Below are positions 1 to 7,936 of a stretch of DNA of 44,888 bases, in pieces. The notes under the pieces were generated by a model. The model ran no database searches, was not told the origin of the DNA, and worked only from the letters and a program-made list of their open reading frames with translations. Made by a program: the position numbers and the translations under genes. Positions within the stretch are counted from its first letter, which is position 1, and each line of letters begins with the position of its first letter. The DNA is from Bacteroidota bacterium (GTDB lineage: Bacteria; Bacteroidota; Bacteroidia; Chitinophagales; LD1): NCBI GenBank assembly GCA_040387015.1, contig JAZKEP010000132.1, forward strand, positions 3,261 through 48,148, in the 5' to 3' direction.

Positions 1-2444
1 ACCGGGTTAGGCAGTGTGGAGGAAGTTCCATCTGCAAAATCCCATTGCAGATTTTGCGTAGTGCTGCCGTTACTGTTGAATTGTACTGTAAGCGGCACAC
101 AACCATTCGTTCTGGGAAACGCATTCAGCCTCACATCGGTGCCTGTTAGATTGAAAGCGATTTTCAAGCCGAGTAAATTACAATTTGAGCTTTGGTTGGT
201 GGGTGACCACACTCCCGGAGTAGTTGGGGTTTGTGGTCGCCCATTGCCTCTTCCGCACCCTGCACAAATGGCCTGATAAATTACTCCTCTCTTATCAAAA
301 CGACTGGTGCCGCCATCAACATGTTCGAAAGATCCACTCGCACCAAAGTAAGAACCGTACAAAAGATTTTGTGCGTCCTTATTGACAACGAAAAAATAAA
401 AATTAACTCCATCAGTAGTGCTTTGTGTGGCATCGGATGTAAGCGGCATGTTTAATCCCGGATTGAAAAATTTGGGACAGCAACTGTTTTGATTAAAATG
501 GGAGCTGTTGTTTGTCCAGCCTGATACATATACATTTTCGCAGGTATCTACCAGAAAAGCAGTAGGTGAAATATTAGGTTCACCCGCTCCATTCCCAAAA
601 ACGGTGGAGTAAATATGCGAGGAAAGGTCTGGCTGAACTTTGCCGATAAACTGGCCGCTGCCCGGGTTAGAATAAACACCGGCACTAACCGGATAAGAAC
701 CGGTAGTTTGCCCTACAAAATAAACGTCACCGGCTGCATCCAACTTTACAAAATAAACCTGGTCATCTTCGTTTGTGCCTATTAATGAAGAATGAAGTAT
801 TTGTGTTCCTCCTGAATTAATATGAGTTACAAAGCCGTCATACAAGCCGCCTAAATAGGAAGCGTTAATACTCCCCGAAGTACCGGGAAAATTAGTGCTC
901 ATGGTTCCCCCGCATACGTACGCCTCACCTGAATTGGTAATATCAAGTGAATAGCAGGCATCATCGTTCGCACCACCCAAATAAGTAGAATACAATAAAC
1001 TTTGGCAGTTGGCACTTAATTTAAACACACATCCGTCTTGCCCGCCACCAAAGGAACCTTGGGGTGCCGAAGCGGATACCGGAAAATTACTTGACTTTGT
1101 ACAAGAGGCGATGTAAATATTTTCCTGTGCATCTATTATTACTTCTCCGCGATTCTGGTCTCCGTAATTCCATTTCAAGTTGCCGCTGGTAAATTCCTCC
1201 GGGTCAAAATTAATTCCATCATCACCGGAACCACCCACGAAAGTGCTGGCAAGCAAAGCAGACCCGGCAGCATTCAGTTTGGTAACTACAATATCTCCTA
1301 AACCATTTTGGCTAACATCAAATGCACCGGCAGTTACAGGGTAGTTTGTAGAGTAACTGACCCCGTAAATAATCAGGTTGTTGTTATTATCCACTACTAA
1401 GCTGTGAGGGGTTTCATTATCCAATCCTCCCACATAAGTTGAGTAGAGAAGTTGCGTTCCGTTATCACTGAATTTACTTATACCCATGTCGCAGGCAAAA
1501 TCAATTCCGCTTCCTGTTCCCTGTCCGCTTCCTGTTCCGCCACCAAAACTTAATTGAAATGCTCCGGGAGTGGTGGGATAACCGGTGCCGAAGTCAACAT
1601 CATTTACATATCCACCAACATACATGTTCCCTTGATTATCGTACGTTGCAGTATAGCCCCAGTTATCTGTGGTTGAACCTGTATAAGTAGAGAATACGAG
1701 AGTGGGATCAATTACCAATTCATAATTTTGATCATAACCATTGGGAAAAGAAAAAGAAACAGTATTTGCAGCAGCATCCAATACATACTCACACTTTACT
1801 TCCTTCTGCTTTCCATTTATAGTTTGGTAAGCATAAGGAGCCAATTCACGAAACTCGGCCACACTTGTTTTGTAGCGGAGCTCTCCTTCCGATATCCTTA
1901 AATTTTCCGCTCCTTCATATTGAAGTTGCACTTTGCTAACATCTGCATGTGGCTGAACCTTGAAATCATATTTCAAGGCATCACCACTTCCATAAACATT
2001 TGCATCTATCCCGTTCCAAAGGTCTTGGTATGAAATTTTTTTGAAGAGAGAGACATTACCCGCCCAACGGGAAGGGTCATTGCCTATAAAATAATTTCGA
2101 TAAACCTTTTCTTTTTCTGATGAAACTATTTCGGGGGCGGGATTCGCGTTCCTGAAATGTATTTTGAAAAAATGGGCGTTGATTCCAGCAACTTTATGAT
2201 AATGGTGCGCCTCGTTTATCGCTTCTCCATCCCACATCAGAAAACCGATCGCATTTTTTTCGGCTATTAATTTGCCGCTAACAACATCGGCAACATATTG
2301 GACCTCCGGCATCCACTGTCCTTTGTTTTTTGTAAACTGTAAGGAGCTTGGTGTTCGAACAGGAGATGACTTTTCCGCTTCTGACCGAAAGCTGAAAAAT
2401 ATAGAAATCATAAAAATTAAGCCGAAGCGTAAAAGTGTGTCCAC
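1..2444 (-). CDS. Large secreted SBBP beta-propeller repeat / PKD-domain protein (probable T9SS cargo); partial, runs off the left edge
   Basis: Not in the ORF track. Hand translation from GTG at 2444 gives MDTLLRFGLIFMISIFFSFRSEA (signal peptide), FTKNKGQW, NYFIGNDPSRWA, LVIDPTLVFSTYTG and repeated Y(S/S)TY(V/L)GG motifs. It ends in the PKD-like LQWDFADGTSSTLPNP at the edge, in the same frame. Confidence 0.88.
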   Translation of the reverse strand, partial: MDTLLRFGLIFMISIFFSFRSEAEKSSPVRTPSSLQFTKNKGQWMPEVQYVADVVSGKLIAEKNAIGFLMWDGEAINEAHHYHKVAGINAHFFKIHFRNANPAPEIVSSEKEKVYRNYFIGNDPSRWAGNVSLFKKISYQDLWNGIDANVYGSGDALKYDFKVQPHADVSKVQLQYEGAENLRISEGELRYKTSVAEFRELAPYAYQTINGKQKEVKCEYVLDAAANTVSFSFPNGYDQNYELVIDPTLVFSTYTGSTTDNWGYTATYDNQGNMYVGGYVNDVDFGTGYPTTPGAFQLSFGGGTGSGQGTGSGIDFACDMGISKFSDNGTQLLYSTYVGGLDNETPHSLVVDNNNNLIIYGVSYSTNYPVTAGAFDVSQNGLGDIVVTKLNAAGSALLASTFVGGSGDDGINFDPEEFTSGNLKWNYGDQNRGEVIIDAQENIYIASCTKSSNFPVSASAPQGSFGGGQDGCVFKLSANCQSLLYSTYLGGANDDACYSLDITNSGEAYVCGGTMSTNFPGTSGSINASYLGGLYDGFVTHINSGGTQILHSSLIGTNEDDQVYFVKLDAAGDVYFVGQTTGSYPVSAGVYSNPGSGQFIGKVQPDLSSHIYSTVFGNGAGEPNISPTAFLVDTCENVYVSGWTNNSSHFNQNSCCPKFFNPGLNMPLTSDATQSTTDGVNFYFFVVNKDAQNLLYGSYFGASGSFEHVDGGTSRFDKRGVIYQAICAGCGRGNGRPQTPTTPGVWSPTNQSSNCNLLGLKIAFNLTGTDVRLNAFPRTNGCVPLTVQFNSNGSTTQNLQWDFADGTSSTLPNP

Positions 2445-2516
2445 AGCTACTATGTGATAAATTAAAGATAAGGAAAATTGTCAGGGAGTTGCCTTTAGGT
2501 AAAAAAATGTAAGGTT

Positions 2517-3884
2517 CTATTCCCCGAGCATTTTCATCACAATTTCACTGAAATAGGAGCCATTGCCCGGTCCGAACCAATTCATCAGGCGGGTTTCGTA
2601 GGTATTAAGGGAGTACCATTCATCATCGGTTATATAGCCCACGAATCCCCCATTGAAACTGGTAACTATTAGTTTTCGATTCCTTTTGTCTGCTATTGAA
2701 TCTATCTCGTTCACTAACTCTCCGCTAAAATCGCAGGGCATCCCTGCAAAAAAGATATTGCCGACTTGGAGTGTATTGATGTAAACTTTCTCATCTCCAA
2801 ACAACTTATGGAACAGCCAGGGACGAACGATAATGTTATTAGTGATTCTAAGATTAGGGTCTCTCAGGAATAATGGAAGATGAATCATACTGAGTGATGA
2901 AACCAAATCGGTTTTAATGCTGTCGAAATTTCGCCCAACAATTTCAGCAACCTGCTCCGCCATATAAGCAGCTTCGGTTTCCTGGTTTTTTGAAAACTCA
3001 TAAGGACCGTGACTTCCCACAGCCCCTGCACTCAGTGAACAGAAATTTACTTTGCCTGACAGGTTCAATCGTTTCATCATCATTCCTCCCCAATCTCCCG
3101 AAAGGCTCATCATATCTTCATGAAAAACAGTGCAGTGTGCAGCAAAGGTGATAATGGCAGCTTTCTCTCCGCTTTCCTTTTCAATTTTTACAAGGCGCAG
3201 AAGTGAATCCACTTCCCCCACTGAATCGGGAAGATGAGCCATGTCCTTTACCAAACGGTTGTAAACTAATTTTTGAGTGGAAAATTCTGCATAACCGATT
3301 TTGGCGGTAGCACAATTCTTCTCTGCTTCAAGAATCGCTTTTGAAATACAATCAGCTATATGTTTCGGAACACGCTCATCGTATTTGCCTGCAAATTTTT
3401 CTCCTACATAACTATTATACCAGCCGCCAATGCTTGAATGTGTATGTGTGGCAGTAAAGAAAATATTCGAAGCATCGTATCCTTCTTTCTTCAAAATGGT
3501 GTCGAACATTTTTGAAACAGTCGGGGGAATGATGAGTAGGTCAGCAGAGATGTAAGCTATTTTCTTTTCGCCCTGTTTAAAAACAAATGCTCTTACATAA
3601 ATCGAATCATGCACTCCTTCAAAATGTTTCCCCCCACGATTTGCATCTATAGCAATAGGAGTGGTAAATGGAGGCAATAGGTTAATACTGCTCCATCCAA
3701 CACTTATTGTGTCGCTACTTCTGATCTCTGATTTCTGATTGCTGACTTGATTGATTGCCGCAATTTCTTTTTTGTAAAATTCAGTTTGTTGATAGGGAGT
3801 TGTGTTAAGTGGTTTGAAACAGAAGAGAGCAACCAGCAGCAGAACAATGCCTGCTATAAAAAGAAAACCGAATATCTTTTTCAT
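2517..3884 (-). CDS. Neutral/alkaline non-lysosomal ceramidase N-terminal-domain family metallohydrolase, membrane anchored
   Basis: 455 aa with an N-terminal TM helix and the motifs HDSIYVRA, ATHTHS, FAAHCT, SGDW and GYI typical of this family. Confidence 0.75.
   Translation of the reverse strand: MKKIFGFLFIAGIVLLLVALFCFKPLNTTPYQQTEFYKKEIAAINQVSNQKSEIRSSDTISVGWSSINLLPPFTTPIAIDANRGGKHFEGVHDSIYVRAFVFKQGEKKIAYISADLLIIPPTVSKMFDTILKKEGYDASNIFFTATHTHSSIGGWYNSYVGEKFAGKYDERVPKHIADCISKAILEAEKNCATAKIGYAEFSTQKLVYNRLVKDMAHLPDSVGEVDSLLRLVKIEKESGEKAAIITFAAHCTVFHEDMMSLSGDWGGMMMKRLNLSGKVNFCSLSAGAVGSHGPYEFSKNQETEAAYMAEQVAEIVGRNFDSIKTDLVSSLSMIHLPLFLRDPNLRITNNIIVRPWLFHKLFGDEKVYINTLQVGNIFFAGMPCDFSGELVNEIDSIADKRNRKLIVTSFNGGFVGYITDDEWYSLNTYETRLMNWFGPGNGSYFSEIVMKMLGE
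3720..3748. repeat. Heptamer tandem repeat (CTGATCT CTGATTT CTGATTG CTGACTT) inside a CDS
   Basis: Read directly. Encodes QVSNQKSEIRS in the linker after the membrane anchor. Confidence 0.7.
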
Positions 3885-3893
3885 CGAATTATC

Positions 3894-5435
3894 TCAATGA
3901 ATATGGTGCATCCACTTTTTAATAAAAGGAGATGTTACAAGAATCGCGATTCCTCCAACCAGCGATACTTTAGCTATTTGAATACAGCCGTTCATATAAA
4001 TAGGAAGTGACTCGGTAATTGCAAAAGGACTTCCATCGGCATGAGCTTCAGGTATTGCCATTTGTGCGCCAATCCATCCGCCTAAATCGTGGCCGAAGGC
4101 AGAGGCAAGAAACCAAACGCCCATCATAAACCCCACCATTTGAAGTGGACTAAGTTTTGTAACCATCGAAAGACCGATAGGAGAAAGAAACAACTCGCCT
4201 GAAGTAATAAAGAAGTAACCGAGCATGAAATAAACAAGCGGCATCAATCCGCTGGCGGCACCAATTTGCCCACCGAGCACAAAAACAAAGTATCCCGCTG
4301 CCAGCAATAAAAAGGCTATGCCGAATTTAATCGGAGTGTTAGGCTCAATTTTATTTTTTGCCAGCAAGTCCCACATTACAGCAAAAATGGGAGTGAGGAA
4401 AATAATGTAGAAAGGATTGATGGAATTATTCACCATTGCTGAAGGAAGAATGGTTGCACCCACTTTCATATCTACATTTCTTTCCGCCATTAAATTGAGT
4501 GCGCCTCCGCTTTGTTCGTAGAATCCCCAAAACACTACGCTGAAGATGATGAGTAGCGTAGCCGCCCATAATCTTTCGCGCACGCCTTTATCAAATTTCA
4601 GGCTTATGAAAATGATATAGCCCAGTGAGATAACTGCCATCGGAACCATCACATAGTTCATTACCTGGTAAAACTTTACAAACAAAAGCATGACAGGAAC
4701 TAAAGCAAACCCAAGCATGTAAAACAACCACTCCTTCTTTATTCCGAAACTTTTCTCCTGCAGTTTTTCCGGAACAGGCGAATATCCTTTATCACCAAGA
4801 ACCTTTTGAAAGAGTAGAAAAACAACCAGGCCTAACATCATAAACCCTCCTGCTACACCAAAGCCCAGATGCCAGCTTATTTTCTGACCAAGATAACCGC
4901 ACAGCGCGCTACCCAGAAAAGCACCGATGTTGATGCCCATATAAAAAATAGAGTAGCCTGCATCTTTGCGCGGGTCGTTTTCGGTGTAATATCTGCCGAG
5001 AAAACTCGAAATGTTCGGTTTAAAAAATCCGTTACCCGAAATCAGGAATCCCAGACCAAGAAAGAAAGTTGTCTGCGATGGAATGGCAAGAACCAAGTGA
5101 CCAATCGCCATTAAAATTCCTCCCAGGAAAATTGCTTTTCGAAAACCGAGAAATTTATCGGCTATGTATCCGCCAATCAGCGGCATGGTATAAACCAGGG
5201 CGTTGTAAGCGCCATAGCGTAGGTTGGCTTCAATATCTTCATACAACAATACATTCGTCATATAAAGAATCAGCAAAGCGCGCATTCCGTAGAAAGAAAA
5301 ACGCTCCCACATTTCGGTAAAGAATAAAATCCAAAGGGCTTTCGGATGCTCTTTGTGGTTGATGAACCACGCCACACCAATCATCACTGCGCTGAAGATG
5401 GCGCCAAACGTTATAAGGATGATTTCTAAAGCCAT
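3894..5435 (-). CDS. POT/PTR family proton-dependent oligopeptide transporter (MFS)
   Basis: FFTEMWERFSFYGMR (ExxERFxYY-type motif), GGYIADKFLG, GNGFFKPNIS and FYMGINIG signatures. Confidence 0.95.
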   Translation of the reverse strand: MALEIILITFGAIFSAVMIGVAWFINHKEHPKALWILFFTEMWERFSFYGMRALLILYMTNVLLYEDIEANLRYGAYNALVYTMPLIGGYIADKFLGFRKAIFLGGILMAIGHLVLAIPSQTTFFLGLGFLISGNGFFKPNISSFLGRYYTENDPRKDAGYSIFYMGINIGAFLGSALCGYLGQKISWHLGFGVAGGFMMLGLVVFLLFQKVLGDKGYSPVPEKLQEKSFGIKKEWLFYMLGFALVPVMLLFVKFYQVMNYVMVPMAVISLGYIIFISLKFDKGVRERLWAATLLIIFSVVFWGFYEQSGGALNLMAERNVDMKVGATILPSAMVNNSINPFYIIFLTPIFAVMWDLLAKNKIEPNTPIKFGIAFLLLAAGYFVFVLGGQIGAASGLMPLVYFMLGYFFITSGELFLSPIGLSMVTKLSPLQMVGFMMGVWFLASAFGHDLGGWIGAQMAIPEAHADGSPFAITESLPIYMNGCIQIAKVSLVGGIAILVTSPFIKKWMHHIH

Positions 5436-5459
5436 AAATGGGTTAGCTTAACACAACAA

Positions 5460-5795
5460 TCAACGGGAAATTTCTATCAAATCGTTTTCTTCCAAAAACT
5501 TTATGGCATTCGTTAAATCTTTTTTTAGGATTTCTTTCATCCTGTCATTAGAACAGTTCCCGAAGGTGAGCCAAATAACTTTCGGTGGTGATTTTAAGCG
5601 ATTCAATAAATCGGAGAAATCTTCATCTTTAGTGATGATAACCACATCCCCTTTTAATTTAGCGGCAGTAAAAATTTCTTTATCGCTGGCATCGCGGAGT
5701 TTTAAATCGCGCACTGCGTAACATTCAAATAAAAATTCTTCCTGAATCCATCTCGCTATCAGAGGTGAGATATGAGCATCTAACCAAAGTTCCAT
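5460..5795 (-). CDS. DUF5615 family PIN-like toxin (VapC45-like)
   Basis: LWLDAHISP, DASDKEIF, IITKDEDF and PPKVIWLTFGN motifs. Start overlaps the stop of the DUF433 gene. Confidence 0.88.
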   Translation of the reverse strand: MELWLDAHISPLIARWIQEEFLFECYAVRDLKLRDASDKEIFTAAKLKGDVVIITKDEDFSDLLNRLKSPPKVIWLTFGNCSNDRMKEILKKDLTNAIKFLEENDLIEISR

Positions 5796-6022
5796 CAGGC
5801 GGCCTTAAGAAAGGGGAAGTTGGCTCTGCTTGCTGCAAAAAGCAAACATGCTTTGATGTCGTCCGCTTCTAAATCGGGATGTTCTTCTAGTATTTGCTGT
5901 TGGCTCATTCCCGAAGCAAGAAGTTCTAATACATCTACCACACGAATACGCATTCCGCGAACACATGGCTTGCCGCCACACTTGTTCTGCTCAGAAGTAA
6001 TTCTTGAAAGTAATTCGTTCAT
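5795..6022 (-). CDS. DUF433 family antitoxin (VapB45-like)
   Basis: RITSEQNKCGGKPCVRGMRIRVVDVLELLASGMS...HPDLEADDIKACLLFA. Start re-assigned to ATG 6022 (75 aa). Confidence 0.9.
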   Translation of the reverse strand: MNELLSRITSEQNKCGGKPCVRGMRIRVVDVLELLASGMSQQQILEEHPDLEADDIKACLLFAASRANFPFLKAA

Positions 6023-6026
6023 GAAT

Positions 6027-6034
6027 CGAAAATA
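6027..6034 (-). promoter_or_regulatory. Putative Bacteroidota -7 promoter element (TATTTTCG) for the TA operon
   Basis: Near-match to TAnnTTTG, 4 nt upstream of ATG 6022. Confidence 0.5.
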
Positions 6035-6073
6035 AGTAAAAACGTGTTCAGTTTCTTCTTTCTTCAATCCGAT

Positions 6074-6081
6074 TATCTTCG
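6074..6081 (+). promoter_or_regulatory. Putative -7 promoter element (TATCTTCG) for lysA
   Basis: Near-match to TAnnTTTG, 21 nt upstream of the lysA ATG. Confidence 0.45.
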
Positions 6082-6102
6082 CCCCCTCAAAATTTATTCG
6101 AG

Positions 6103-7344
6103 ATGATTCAACTCAACAACGGGGTTTATGAAATTGGCGGAATTCCGGTTTCGCAATTGGCGGCTAAATACGACTCGCCTCTTTACGTGTACGACACGGG
6201 TATTATGGAAAGACAATACAATCTGCTGAAGGATGCTTTCAGCGGAACTAATTGCAGAATAAAGTTTGCCTGCAAAGCGTTGAACAATATCAATGTGCTC
6301 AAGTTCTTCAATAAGATAGGAGTGGAGTTGGATACTGTTTCTATTCAGGAGGTATGGACCGGCTTGCGCGCAGGTTTCGACCCCAAGAAAATTCTTTACA
6401 CCCCTAACTGCGTTTCGATGGAAGAGATTGAACTGGCAGTGAAAGAAGGCGTGCAGATAAACATTGATAACATTTCTATCCTCGAACAATTTGGTCACAA
6501 GTATGGCTCAAGCATTCCGGTTTGCATCCGCATCAATCCGCACATTATGGCGGGAGGCAACGAAAAAATTTCTACCGGTCATGTGGATTCCAAATTCGGA
6601 ATTTCTATTTACCAGATGCGCCATTTAGAGCGCGTAGTGAAGAGCGAAAAAATTCGTGTGAATGGCTTACACATGCACACCGGCAGCGATATATTGGATG
6701 TGGATGTGTTCCTCCGCGCTTCCGAAATTCTTTTTGAAGCAGCCGAACAATTTCCCGACCTGGAGTTTCTTGATTTTGGCAGCGGCTTTAAAGTGCCTTA
6801 CAAGCCCGATGATTATTACACCGATGTAAAAGATTTAGGCGCGCGCCTAACGCCCCGCTTTCAGGCCTTCTGCAAAAAATACGGGCGCGATTTAGAGTTG
6901 TGGTTCGAGCCGGGAAAATTCTTAGTGAGCCAGAGCGGAACTTTTTTGGCTAAGGTGAATGTGATTAAGCAAACCACCTCCGCCATGTTTGTAGGGCTTG
7001 ACTCGGGCCTTAATCATCTCATCCGCCCCATGATGTATAACTCTTACCATCACCTGGTAAATATTTCCAACCCTGCGGGCGTGCAGCGCATTTATACCGT
7101 GGTGGGCTACATCTGCGAAACCGATACGTTCGGCTGGGACAGAAAACTAACCGAGGTGCGCGAAGGCGACATCATCGCTTTTCAAAATGCGGGCGCTTAC
7201 GGCTTTAGCATGTCATCTAATTACAACTCACGTTTCCGCCCTGCCGAGGTGCTGGTGCATAAAGGCAACGATTACTTGATACGCAAGCGCGAAAACCTCG
7301 AAGACCTGCTGAGAAATCAGGTGGAAGTAGAAGCGTTCGGTTAA
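6103..7344 (+). CDS. lysA: Diaminopimelate decarboxylase
   Basis: FACKAL (PLP lysine), SKFG, HMHTGS, DFGSGF, EPGKFLV, GYICETDTF and GAYGFSMSSNYNSRFRPAEV motifs. Confidence 0.96.
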   Translation: MIQLNNGVYEIGGIPVSQLAAKYDSPLYVYDTGIMERQYNLLKDAFSGTNCRIKFACKALNNINVLKFFNKIGVELDTVSIQEVWTGLRAGFDPKKILYTPNCVSMEEIELAVKEGVQINIDNISILEQFGHKYGSSIPVCIRINPHIMAGGNEKISTGHVDSKFGISIYQMRHLERVVKSEKIRVNGLHMHTGSDILDVDVFLRASEILFEAAEQFPDLEFLDFGSGFKVPYKPDDYYTDVKDLGARLTPRFQAFCKKYGRDLELWFEPGKFLVSQSGTFLAKVNVIKQTTSAMFVGLDSGLNHLIRPMMYNSYHHLVNISNPAGVQRIYTVVGYICETDTFGWDRKLTEVREGDIIAFQNAGAYGFSMSSNYNSRFRPAEVLVHKGNDYLIRKRENLEDLLRNQVEVEAFG

Positions 7345-7350
7345 TTCTTT

Positions 7351-7437
7351 GGCGTTCCCCCGCTCAAAGCAGCGGGGTCGGGCTTTCACTCCAATTCCCG
7401 CAGAAACTGCGGGAGATTTCCGTTCAATCCCTAACGC
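7351..7437 (+). ncRNA. Structured RNA / interspersed repeat resembling the Flavo-1 motif
   Basis: Closing helix GCGTT(7352-56)/AACGC(7433-37), hairpin CCCCGCT-caaagc-AGCGGGG and hairpin TCCCGCAG-aaa-CTGCGGGA. The segments GGTCGGGCTTTC and CAATCCCTAACGC match my recollection of a Bacteroidota intergenic element. The family name is from memory, not a search. Confidence 0.55.
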
Positions 7438-7456
7438 AAACAGCCAATACAAAATC

Positions 7457-7488
7457 CAACCCCGCGTAAATGCGGGGTTGTTTGTTTT
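7457..7488 (+). terminator. Intrinsic terminator downstream of lysA and the structured element
   Basis: CAACCCCGCG-taaa-TGCGGGGTTG stem followed by TTTGTTTT. Confidence 0.8.
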
Positions 7489-7649
7489 ACGTTATCACCC
7501 AATCCTAGACCACACCCGGCTAAGCAGGAAGAACCGGCAGGATTAAAATGAGCAGCCGCACCTTCTCATCTTTTCTTCTTGTTTTTCCTTTAAGTGCTCC
7601 TGGTTCTTGAAACCTTTTCAAGAATAATTTATACTCCTGCTTCTTTTTT

Positions 7650-7859
7650 GTAATCCTTATTGATAGATTTATAAATGCTTATTCTATTTTAAAAAATTCT
7701 TATTTTCAAAATTAGAGTAACAATTTTATGATGTAGAGTAAGAATTTCTGTTTATAGTATAAAAATTCAAAATAATAAAATAATGATTTTAGAAAATAAG
7801 ATAATCATTCAGGATTTATAAATGAGTATTTTCTTATGTAAAATAATTACCCGAAAATT
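7650..7859. repeat. Degenerate AT-rich tandem array with 21-bp period (about 10 units)
   Basis: ATT occurs at 7681, 7702, 7723, 7744, 7765, 7786, 7807 and 7828. TAnnnTAA occurs at 7713, 7734, 7755, 7776, 7797 and 7839. GATTTATAAATG occurs at 7666 and 7813 (147 = 7x21 apart). Confidence 0.75.
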
Positions 7860-7936
7860 TTATAAACACCAATATAAGTCGTAATATTGCTTATTACAGC
7901 TTAAAAAAAAGCTTTTTATACCTAAAACACTGCTTT

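Noticed and set aside
1506-1538. 15-bp direct repeat TCCGCTTCCTGTTCC, 18 nt apart
   Set aside because: A simple in-frame duplication encoding GTGSG twice in a Gly-rich loop; not a mobile or regulatory signal.
7349-7546. 65-aa ORF after lysA
   Set aside because: It runs through the structured element and the terminator, has a TTG start and shows no protein-like features.
7501-7570. Possible further RNA stems (AATCCT/AGGATT, ATGAG/CTCAT)
   Set aside because: The stems are short and could arise by chance; I recognise no motif.
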